DNA of 33,955 nucleotides from an uncultured Candidatus Saccharibacteria bacterium (GTDB lineage Bacteria; Patescibacteriota; Minisyncoccia; Minisyncoccales; PEYH01), in contig CAYNAD010000003.1 of the NCBI GenBank assembly GCA_964395215.1, forward strand, positions 1-33,955, in the 5' to 3' direction. The notes beneath the pieces are model-generated. The model saw nothing but the letters and a program-made list of their open reading frames with translations, searched no databases and was not told the DNA's origin. Positions 6,912 through 14,525 of the stretch are shown here, one piece after another; position 1 is the stretch's first letter; the number at the start of each line of letters is the position of its first letter. A program made the position numbers and the translations under genes.

Positions 6912-8816
6912 ATGAAAATGAAAAAACAGTTCTCTTCAAAGACCATTTCTATTACTTTTTGTATTTTTGTGCTTTTGTTTGTTTTGGGATTTTACGTGGT
7001 TGCATGGGAGGAGCCAGCAAGTGCTCCGCCTGATGGCAATGTTTATGCACCGATAAATACAGGAAACTCGAATCAATACAAAGAAGGAAGATTAGGGGTA
7101 TATACTAATGAGATAGATGAAGGATTTGGTCTGACTATCGGACGGATGGGTAGGGAGGGAGGTATAAAAGCAACCGGTTATTCTTGGTTTGATGGTGATA
7201 TAGATACTAGTGGTGATATAGACGCTGGTGGTCAGATTTGCGATAGCACTGGATGTATAGGCGGATTGGGTGGCTCTCTTTGGACTCAAAGCGGTACTAA
7301 TATTTATTATGATTCTGATAACGTCGGCATCGGGACGGTAGCACCTGGAGCAAAATTAGAAATTAATAAGTCCGGCTTAGGATTATATTTAAATCAACCC
7401 GCTGCTGCTGATATTTATATGAGATATCATGTACCAGGAGTGCGTTGGTGGACAGTTGGGTCTAAGGCAAATGGCGATTTTTGGTTTTCTAATGCTAGTG
7501 ATTTGTCGGCAAGCGGTCCGCTAACATTGACTAGTGGTGGCAACGTCGGTATTGGCACAGCGAGCCCGGGATATAAGTTAACAGTTAATGGACCGATTGG
7601 CACGCCAAATATGAATCATCCTTATTTGGTTTTAGATAGTTCTGGCTCGGGTAGTAATACAAACGAGCAATCAGCTCAAATATCTCTAGGGGAATCAGGA
7701 AGAGGATCTGCTTCTTTGCATCTTGCCTATACTGGCGATGGATATAGCTATATTGGAATGGGAGACTTAGGCCCGGATAATATTCCCGACCATTGGGCAA
7801 TGAAATTATATTACGGCAATGACGATATTTATGCCCATAATAATATCGATGCCAACGATGTTTATATCCGAGCTATTGGTAAATGGGCAAGCACGCTTGC
7901 TGGTGGTGATAATTTAGGAAATCATATAGCTACTCAGGGAATTAAAAGAAATGCTCATGCAACAGGTTATTTAGAAGGCTCCTATAACAATGTCGGTGCA
8001 AATAGTGCTAAATCAAATCCAATTTACGTAATGGGTTCAAGCTACAAACCAACAGATACTTCTTTAGGTAATATGTATGGTATAGGTTATTCTCATAATA
8101 ATTTTTGGACAGGGGGAAGTGGCACTACTGGTTGGGGAATGTACGTAGCAGCAGACGGAGATATTCGTCACATTCTTGATGCCTCAACGGGAGTTGCCTG
8201 GGCTAGTGGTTCGATGAGAGCCCCGATTTTCTATGATTCTAACAATACTTCTTATTATGTAAATCCTGCCTCTACTTCTTATTTAAATGATGTAAGGGCT
8301 AATATTTTTTATGATCGTAACGATACAACTTATCGCGTAGATCCAAATGGTACCTCAAGATTGAATGACCTTTATATGTATGACGACCTTTTCATTGGAA
8401 GCAGCGCAGGAGATGATTCAGCAGATATGTATATAGCAGATAAATTATATGATTGGGATAATACTGGTTATTATCTTGACCCCAATTCAACCTCCCGACT
8501 TTATAGGATTGACGCCAATTATTTTTATTATGCTTCAGATATTACACTCAAGGCAAATATTAGACCTATAGTAGGTGGCTTGGATAAAATTTTAGAACTC
8601 GAAGGAGTAAGTTTTAATTGGAAAGACAATGGAAAAGCATCTATTGGTCTTATATCACAAGATGTGGAAAAAATATTTCCGGAGATTGTTTCAACCAACG
8701 AAGAAGGACTAAAATCTATTGAATACGCAAAACTTGTTGCTCCGTTAATAGAAGCAATTAAAGAACAGCAAAAAGAAATTGACGAACTGCGTAATGAGAT
8801 TGAGCAATTAAGGTAG
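6912..8816 (+). CDS. Surface fibre / tail-fibre-like protein with N-terminal membrane anchor and C-terminal peptidase-S74 intramolecular chaperone domain
   Basis: 634-aa ORF with N-terminal hydrophobic segment ISITFCIFVLLFVLGFYVVA. It has repeated NVGIGT(x)xPGxKL motifs and three YDxNNTxYYxDPxxTSxLN repeats. The C-terminus SDITLKANIRPIVGGLDKILELEGVSFNWKDNGK.SIGLISQDVEKIFPEIV...IEYAKLVAPLIEAIKEQQKEIDELRNEIEQL matches the S74 auto-cleaving chaperone domain of phage tail spikes and endosialidases. Confidence 0.85.
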   Translation: MKMKKQFSSKTISITFCIFVLLFVLGFYVVAWEEPASAPPDGNVYAPINTGNSNQYKEGRLGVYTNEIDEGFGLTIGRMGREGGIKATGYSWFDGDIDTSGDIDAGGQICDSTGCIGGLGGSLWTQSGTNIYYDSDNVGIGTVAPGAKLEINKSGLGLYLNQPAAADIYMRYHVPGVRWWTVGSKANGDFWFSNASDLSASGPLTLTSGGNVGIGTASPGYKLTVNGPIGTPNMNHPYLVLDSSGSGSNTNEQSAQISLGESGRGSASLHLAYTGDGYSYIGMGDLGPDNIPDHWAMKLYYGNDDIYAHNNIDANDVYIRAIGKWASTLAGGDNLGNHIATQGIKRNAHATGYLEGSYNNVGANSAKSNPIYVMGSSYKPTDTSLGNMYGIGYSHNNFWTGGSGTTGWGMYVAADGDIRHILDASTGVAWASGSMRAPIFYDSNNTSYYVNPASTSYLNDVRANIFYDRNDTTYRVDPNGTSRLNDLYMYDDLFIGSSAGDDSADMYIADKLYDWDNTGYYLDPNSTSRLYRIDANYFYYASDITLKANIRPIVGGLDKILELEGVSFNWKDNGKASIGLISQDVEKIFPEIVSTNEEGLKSIEYAKLVAPLIEAIKEQQKEIDELRNEIEQLR

Positions 8817-8838
8817 TAATTTCACTTTGTGAATAGAT

Positions 8839-9450
8839 ATGACAAGAGAATTTAAAATATTAATTGTATTATTGATTACTTCAGGGATTGTTTTTGGAGT
8901 ATTGGGATATTTGAATTTTAGACCGACGCAAGACGATACAGATTTTGAAAAAATTATTGTTGATGATAGGGAATTCGAAGAAGTGATTGCTGATCTTGAT
9001 ACATCAGAAAAACTAATTGATTATTTAAACGAGAATTTTACAATTGAAGATAGAAATAATGAGGAAGCATATACCCCAGAAGAATTTTTCCAAGAAAAAA
9101 AGGGGGAAGCTCAAGATTTTGCATCTTTTGCAGGCTACATCCTTTATGAAAACAATTTTTCCTCATTTATTTTTGTCTATCAATCCCAAGATGAAAGTAG
9201 TAATTTAAAAATTCATTATTTAACTTCTTTTCGCGACATTGATGCTCCTAAATATATTTATTTTGATAGAGATGGTGCTCATTTAGTAGCTTATGGTTGG
9301 TCTTACTCAGAACTTTGTGAAAAAGAGAAGTCAAGAATAAGTTCAAAAGTTATAAAATATAGTATTCTTGTTCCTTGGGCAGAAGGTTTTGAAACTGGAG
9401 AATTATGGAAAACGAAACTTGAACCAAAAGAATGGCTTGAGTTAAAATAA
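8839..9450 (+). CDS. Membrane-anchored hypothetical protein; possible transglutaminase-like fold lacking the catalytic Cys
   Basis: 203-aa ORF starting 22 nt after the fibre gene, with TM segment ILIVLLITSGIVFGVLGYL. KKGEAQDFASFAGYIL resembles the transglutaminase-core G-x-C-x-DFA motif with Ala in place of Cys. A later His (KIHYL) and Asp (YFDRDG) could be the rest of the triad. The fold call rests on motif memory only. Confidence 0.7.
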   Translation: MTREFKILIVLLITSGIVFGVLGYLNFRPTQDDTDFEKIIVDDREFEEVIADLDTSEKLIDYLNENFTIEDRNNEEAYTPEEFFQEKKGEAQDFASFAGYILYENNFSSFIFVYQSQDESSNLKIHYLTSFRDIDAPKYIYFDRDGAHLVAYGWSYSELCEKEKSRISSKVIKYSILVPWAEGFETGELWKTKLEPKEWLELK

Positions 9451-9490
9451 GGTAGAGATAAAAATAAGAATAAAATAAAAAATTAAAATT

Positions 9491-10357
9491 ATGTTAAAAA
9501 TATTTAATAAAAAACTTCTCTTTTTACTAATCTTGGTTTTTCTTTTTTCTTTGGTTGTAATTATTCAAGAAATAAACGCTTCTACTGGTTGTTACGAGTA
9601 TATTTCTGCTAATCATTATAAATATTGTAGTATTAATAATGGAACAAGTTATTCAGTTAATGTCCAAGGATGCAGTTATCCTTGTAAAAAAATTACGAAT
9701 AATACCGGGGCCACAATTTTTATTCCTACCAAAAGTTGTAACGAATGGTATTCTTTTTTAAATAATCTTCCTTCGGGAGTTTCAAAGAGTGATTGTTGTA
9801 CTTCACACTCGTATAGCTCCTGTTATGATAACGACGTCTATTGGTATGATTCATGTAGCAATAGAGAAGAGCGATATCAAGATTGTAGTTATTGTTGCTC
9901 TGGCTCAAGCTGTACAGGAGAATGTAGTGCGGGAAGTACTCAAAGTTGTTCAGATTCCTGTTCTTATAAATATTGTAGTGGAAGTAGTTGTGTGACAGGC
10001 ACAAAGACTGATTCTGGGACGAGAACCTGCGGGAGTACTTGCTATTGGGGGAGTTGTAATGCTTCTGCCTCTTGTCCTGCTAGCACATGTTCAACCAACG
10101 ATAATTGTGGACCACCGGTTGTTGAAATTATGAATATATGCGAAGAAGTAAGTTGTAATACAATTTGTAGTCGAAACGGAAAAAGTTGTATTGGTATAAG
10201 ATCTTTTAGTATGAGTGGATATGAAGGTCATTATTATACCCCATATGATGGATGTGCTGGATGGACTGGTGTCGGAAATTGTAATACCATTATGCATGTC
10301 ACTTCTGGCGTTTGTGTAGGAAGTTTCAATGATTGGTGTTATTGTAAGTGTCAGTAA
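9491..10357 (+). CDS. Secreted cysteine-rich protein (34 Cys in 288 aa), unknown function
   Basis: The ORF has a signal-like N-terminus KKLLFLLILVFLFSLVVIIQEINAS. Dense CxxxC / CSGSSC spacing runs throughout, e.g. DCSYCCSGSSCTGECSAGSTQSCSDSCSYKYCSGSSCV. It ends in WCYCKCQ. Confidence 0.8.
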   Translation: MLKIFNKKLLFLLILVFLFSLVVIIQEINASTGCYEYISANHYKYCSINNGTSYSVNVQGCSYPCKKITNNTGATIFIPTKSCNEWYSFLNNLPSGVSKSDCCTSHSYSSCYDNDVYWYDSCSNREERYQDCSYCCSGSSCTGECSAGSTQSCSDSCSYKYCSGSSCVTGTKTDSGTRTCGSTCYWGSCNASASCPASTCSTNDNCGPPVVEIMNICEEVSCNTICSRNGKSCIGIRSFSMSGYEGHYYTPYDGCAGWTGVGNCNTIMHVTSGVCVGSFNDWCYCKCQ

Positions 10358-10382
10358 TTTATATTTTAAAGATTAGTATTAT

Positions 10383-10413
10383 AAAAAAGCCCTATTTGTG
10401 AATAGGGCTTTTT
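10383..10413. terminator. Bidirectional intrinsic terminator between convergent genes
   Basis: aaaaaa-GCCCTATT-tgtg-AATAGGGC-ttttt is an 8-bp stem flanked by an A-tract and a T-tract. It lies between the stops at 10357 (+) and 10434 (-). Confidence 0.8.
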
Positions 10414-10433
10414 GAGATTCAGTTATATATAAA

Positions 10434-10997
10434 TTATTGAAAAGGATTTTCTGTGGAGAAATTAATTTCTATAGCATTTAGCTCGTTAAGCCCTTTAATG
10501 TTATTTTCTGATTTAGCCGAGATTATGAAATAATCAGGACTTAAATCATTTAGTTGAACCATTTCTTTATTATAGGGGCTTGGATTCTGTTCTTCATCTT
10601 TCCCATATTCTTCAGGACTTTTAAGTGTCCATTTTTCAATTTTTGTATTTTCGTCCAGCAATATTTTCATTGTTTCTGGGAAAGTATCTCCAAGAGGATT
10701 TTGCCTTATAGTAGGCGCAACAATAATATAATTTTCCCTTACTTCTTTAATCGTTCCGCTGAGAGCAAATATTTCTTCCAGCTCAGGATTAATGATTTTT
10801 CCCTCAATAAGCCTATCTTTTATCATATCTTTAGTTTCCGTCACGATCTTTTCTTCATCGCAGATTTCTCCAGATTGCACGGGAAATAAATTTGAGCCGA
10901 TTAGATATCCTCCGGCACAAAATAATATTGCAGTCACAATTAGCAAGGCAATACAATTACATTTTTTTGTTGACTCTATCTTTTCGTTTGTATTCAT
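10434..10997 (-). CDS. Membrane-anchored hypothetical protein (DUF5666-like pattern), paralogue of 6180..6764
   Basis: 187-aa ORF with TM segment CIALLIVTAILFCAGGYLIG. The ectodomain GTIKEVRENYIIV...NPLGDTFPETMKILLDENTKIE...LNDLSPDYFIISAKSENNIKG..NAIEINF shares motif order with the 6180..6764 product. Confidence 0.75.
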   Translation of the reverse strand: MNTNEKIESTKKCNCIALLIVTAILFCAGGYLIGSNLFPVQSGEICDEEKIVTETKDMIKDRLIEGKIINPELEEIFALSGTIKEVRENYIIVAPTIRQNPLGDTFPETMKILLDENTKIEKWTLKSPEEYGKDEEQNPSPYNKEMVQLNDLSPDYFIISAKSENNIKGLNELNAIEINFSTENPFQ

Positions 10998-11148
10998 GTT
11001 TTTGAATGGTTAATTATTTATTAATTGTAATGCTTCATTGATTTTTTTACAATCAATGCCTGTGGAAAAGTTTTTGTTTTATGGAACTTAATTGTGCTAA
11101 AATAAAGATAGAAATGCTCGACATTTGCATAATTAAAATATAAACAAA

Positions 11149-12870
11149 ATGATTCATTTACAAAGAATATTATTTTTTATAGTTTTAATTTTAGGGATAA
11201 CAATTTCTGTTATTGGTTTTATGCTATTATCCACACCCGCTCAATTACGAGCAGAAAATGGTCAAGTTTGGGAACCATGTGGAAAAGGATTCATTATTCT
11301 TTGTGGTCACGATTGGCCTTTTACATTAGGATACAGTTTTACCCCTCAAGTAAATGGAGAGATAACAAAGCTGTGTGGATATTTTTCCGGAACAAAAACA
11401 GTCAGATTGTTTGACTCTTCTTATTCGGTTCTCGCTTCAGTTAATATTTTAAGTGCTAATAGTTGGTCTTGCTCTGATATAAGTTCGGTAAGTGTGTCTA
11501 GCGGTTCTACTTATTATGTAGTAGTTGATGTTGATAGTCTCGATGGCTGTTACAACGGACTCTTAAGAGATTTACCATCAACATGCGGAGATGTTCTAAT
11601 CAATTCCTGTGTTTATCAGAGTCCTTCAGGGGATTTTGATGCCGCTCATGGTGAACTTTTTGATTATATGTATGGAATGGTGGATGTGGTGTTTGGGCCC
11701 GCTTTATCTGTCGTCGCCTGTGAAGATCACAATGTTTGGGGCTGGGCATGGGCAGGAGCACCACAATCAAGCGGTGGGGAGAAATTAGGTATGGGTTGGC
11801 TAAGTTTTAGTTGTAAAAATTTAGATACTGGCACAGACTATGGAGTTGATATTGAAGCAGATGGTAATTTAACTGGTTACGCTTACTACGATGGTATGAA
11901 TGATCCTAATACCGCGGAGCATGAAGCAGGATGGATTGACTTTGATTCACCTGGTCCTTATCCAAGTCCGCCAGATTATTCAGCTCAAGTTGATTTAAAC
12001 GGGGAGATTTCTGGTTGGGCAAGGGCTGTGGGATATGGCGGTGATTGGGACGGTTGGATAAAATTAAGAAATGATGATCCCTCCGAACCTATGGATTATG
12101 GAGTTTCTATTGATAGTAGTAGTCTTTTTAATGGTTGGGCATGGGGAGGTAATGTAATGGGATGGATTAGTTTTAATTGTGATAATCCAGAGAGCTCGGA
12201 TTCTTGCGCTAGCACAAATAATTATCATGTTGAAACAAGTCTTAGTTTTCATAACCCGCCACAAGTGACTAGTTTTCGCAAAACAACTTCTCCTAATTAT
12301 TGTTTGAATAGTCCTTCGCAAGGATTGGCTTGGGATTATACAGGCGATGCTCCTCAACAAGCGTATAAAATTGAGTTTAGATATCAAGGAGGAAGTGTGT
12401 TTAAGACGATTGAAAGAAGCAATTCTTTTAATACAAGCGGGATTGGAATCGTTACATCGCCAGATATAAACCAATTAGAAGTTGGATATAACGATAACTA
12501 TCAATTTAAAGTTAGTGTTTATGACGGAAACAATTGGTCTGAATGGTCTAACGTGGTTAATTTCAGCGCGACAGATCACCCTTGGCCTGATGTAAGCTTT
12601 AATTATGATCCTTTAGAGCCAACAGCAGACGAGGTGGTAATGTTTACAGACACAAGTACTGTTTATGGCGGAGCGTTTAAATCCTCTATTCTTTGGGATT
12701 TTGATGGTGGTAATCCAGCGACAGCAAGCGGAGCCGTTGCAACTACAACTTTTAGCGCTGGAGATAATAGAATAATCACCCTTATAGTAACTGATTCTGA
12801 TACTTTTGTTTGTGACAGAGAGCTTTCTCTTGATATAAATTACCCAATGCCTGGATGGATAGAAGAGTAA
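11149..12870 (+). CDS. Secreted multi-domain surface protein: DUF4082-like N-domain, four Trp-rich GW..W...GWIxF repeats, FN3-like module, C-terminal PKD domain
   Basis: 573-aa ORF with signal/anchor ILFFIVLILGITISVIGFMLL. The segment LGYSFTPQVNGEITKLCGYFSGTKTVRLFDSSYSVLASV...GSTYYVVVD is DUF4082-like. Repeats are VWGWAWAG..GMGWLSFSC, EAGWIDFDS, ISGWARAV..WDGWIKL, FNGWAWGGNVMGWISFNC. The C-terminus VMFTDTSTVYGG...ILWDFDGG...TTTFSAGDNRIITLIVTDSD is PKD-like. Confidence 0.8.
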   Translation: MIHLQRILFFIVLILGITISVIGFMLLSTPAQLRAENGQVWEPCGKGFIILCGHDWPFTLGYSFTPQVNGEITKLCGYFSGTKTVRLFDSSYSVLASVNILSANSWSCSDISSVSVSSGSTYYVVVDVDSLDGCYNGLLRDLPSTCGDVLINSCVYQSPSGDFDAAHGELFDYMYGMVDVVFGPALSVVACEDHNVWGWAWAGAPQSSGGEKLGMGWLSFSCKNLDTGTDYGVDIEADGNLTGYAYYDGMNDPNTAEHEAGWIDFDSPGPYPSPPDYSAQVDLNGEISGWARAVGYGGDWDGWIKLRNDDPSEPMDYGVSIDSSSLFNGWAWGGNVMGWISFNCDNPESSDSCASTNNYHVETSLSFHNPPQVTSFRKTTSPNYCLNSPSQGLAWDYTGDAPQQAYKIEFRYQGGSVFKTIERSNSFNTSGIGIVTSPDINQLEVGYNDNYQFKVSVYDGNNWSEWSNVVNFSATDHPWPDVSFNYDPLEPTADEVVMFTDTSTVYGGAFKSSILWDFDGGNPATASGAVATTTFSAGDNRIITLIVTDSDTFVCDRELSLDINYPMPGWIEE

Positions 12871-12896
12871 TGATTATTTATTAATAATCAATAATT

Positions 12897-12926
12897 CAGC
12901 ATGAGACCCGTTCTCATACTGTTTTT
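12897..12926 (+). terminator. Intrinsic terminator after the 573-aa surface protein gene
   Basis: cagcATGAGA-cccgt-TCTCATactg followed by ttttt. It starts 27 nt after the stop at 12870. Confidence 0.65.
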
Positions 12927-13012
12927 CTTGATTTTTTGTAATTAGTTTGCTAATATCAGAATACTAATAGATTATTAATTTTGAAATTTAGAAATATCGA
13001 TATACCAAAACT

Positions 13013-13294
13013 ATGGCAGTTCCAAAACAAAGAAAAACTAAATCAAGGAGAAATCAAAGACGGATGCATATTCATTTAAATGAACCCACTTTAGGCGTTT
13101 GTCCAAAGTGTAAAGAGCCTATTTTGCCACATACTGTTTGTAAAAATTGTGGTTATTATAAGGGCAAACAAATAATTGACGTAATGAAAAAATTGGATAA
13201 GAAAGCAAAGAAAAAGAAAGAAAAAGAAATCAACGAAGCAGATGAGGCGCCTAAGAAAGGATTGACAATGGAAGGACTGTCGAAGAAAAATTAA
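13013..13294 (+). CDS. rpmF: 50S ribosomal protein L32 with a Lys-rich C-terminal extension
   Basis: MAVPKQRKTKSRRNQRRMH plus the zinc-ribbon CPKC...CKNCGYYKGKQI. About 35 extra residues follow (KKLDKKAKKKKEKEINEADEAPKK...). Confidence 0.95.
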   Translation: MAVPKQRKTKSRRNQRRMHIHLNEPTLGVCPKCKEPILPHTVCKNCGYYKGKQIIDVMKKLDKKAKKKKEKEINEADEAPKKGLTMEGLSKKN

Positions 13295-13310
13295 CCTAAT
13301 TTAGCTGAAA

Positions 13311-13745
13311 ATGGGAAGCAGACATTTATCAAGAAGTATTGCGATGCAATCTCTATATGAGTGGGATTTTTCAGACAGGAAAAAATCTTTAGATGATATA
13401 TTAGAAAGAAATATTAAAGAATTTGGACCTGGTTTAGAAGATACTGATTTTATAAAACAGCTTGCCAAAGGCATTGAACAAGAAGCGGAAAAAATAGATA
13501 AAATTCTTGAAAAAGCAGCGCCTGATTGGCCGTTAGATCAGATAAATATTGTGGATAGAAATGTTTTAAGGATAGGTATGTATGAACTTATTTATTCTGA
13601 TAAAGATGAGGTTCCTCCGAAGGTGGCCATAAATGAAGCAATAGAATTGGCAAAGATGTTTGGAGGTGAGGCCTCTGGTAGATTTGTAAACGGTGTTCTG
13701 GGCACGATCTATAGTGAGATAGATCCTGGAGCCAACAAGAAATAA
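13311..13745 (+). CDS. nusB: Transcription antitermination factor NusB
   Basis: 144-aa ORF containing [14 protein letters not shown]..., [43 protein letters not shown]. Confidence 0.9.
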   Translation: MGSRHLSRSIAMQSLYEWDFSDRKKSLDDILERNIKEFGPGLEDTDFIKQLAKGIEQEAEKIDKILEKAAPDWPLDQINIVDRNVLRIGMYELIYSDKDEVPPKVAINEAIELAKMFGGEASGRFVNGVLGTIYSEIDPGANKK

Positions 13746-13817
13746 TTAATAATTAACCGACTTAATTAACTGCGACTTGCTAAACCTTGGCTAGTGGCAA
13801 TTGCTTGAGCCATCATA

Positions 13818-14510
13818 ATGATTGAATTTAGTGGATTAGAGGAAGCACTTGGTATTAATTTCAAAGATAAAGAAATTTTAGCCCAGGCTTTCTGTCATCG
13901 TTCTTATTTGAATGAAAATCCTGATTTCAAAAGAGGGAATAATGAGCGAATGGAGTTTTTGGGTGATGCAGTACTTGAGTTAGTAGTAAGCGACGATTTG
14001 TTCAGGAATTATCCTGAAAACAAAGAGGGTATATTGACTAGCTTGAGAGCCGCTCTTGTTAATAGTAAAATGTTGTGTAAGATTGCAAAAGAGCTTAATT
14101 TTGGAAAATTTCTTTTATTATCTAAAGGAGAAAAAAAAGAAAAAGGCAAGGCAAGGGAAGAAATTTTGGCAAACACAACAGAAGCATTTATCGGAGCCCT
14201 ATATATTGATCAGGGTTATGATGCTTGCGATGATTTTATTAAGAAGAACATAATGCCAAAATTGGAAGCGATTCTAGAAAATGAGGATTTCATTGATGAT
14301 AAGAGCAGATTTCAGGAAATCGCTCAGGAAAAAGAAAAAATAACTCCAAGATATGAAGTTTTGGAAGAATGGGGGCCAGATCATAATAAAATTTTTGAGG
14401 TAGGAGTATTTTTAGGAGATGAGTTAATTGCCAGAGGTAGAGGCAAGGCAAAACAAGAAGCAGAAGAAGAGGCAGCTCGAGAGGGCCTTAATAAAAGAAA
14501 GTGGATATAA
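13818..14510 (+). CDS. rnc: Ribonuclease III
   Basis: Catalytic signature NERMEFLGDAVLELVV, then EAFIGALYID, then a C-terminal dsRBD (KSRFQEIAQ...FEVGVFLGDELIARGRGKAKQEAEEEAAREGL). Confidence 0.95.
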   Translation: MIEFSGLEEALGINFKDKEILAQAFCHRSYLNENPDFKRGNNERMEFLGDAVLELVVSDDLFRNYPENKEGILTSLRAALVNSKMLCKIAKELNFGKFLLLSKGEKKEKGKAREEILANTTEAFIGALYIDQGYDACDDFIKKNIMPKLEAILENEDFIDDKSRFQEIAQEKEKITPRYEVLEEWGPDHNKIFEVGVFLGDELIARGRGKAKQEAEEEAAREGLNKRKWI

Positions 14511-14525
14511 ATTAATTTAATAAAT

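Noticed and set aside
6835-11235. Replication origin. Gene orientation switches from minus to plus at ~6.8 kb. DnaA-box-like 9-mers are TTTTCCACA at 6835-6843, its complement at 11061-11069, and a perfect TTATCCACA at 11227-11235.
   Set aside because: Only three widely spaced boxes were found, one of them inside a CDS. That is about what one-mismatch matches give by chance in 34 kb. There is no dnaA/dnaN and no clustered box array next to an AT-rich unwinding element.
6912-12870. Prophage or phage-tail-like particle, suggested by the S74 tail-fibre domain
   Set aside because: No capsid, portal, terminase, sheath/tube, baseplate, lysis or integrase genes occur anywhere in the window. The neighbours are anchored cellular-type proteins flanked by housekeeping operons.
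6912-12870. Diversity-generating retroelement targeting the surface proteins
   Set aside because: There is no reverse transcriptase ORF. I saw no template/variable repeat pair (a near-identical ~100-nt repeat differing at A positions).
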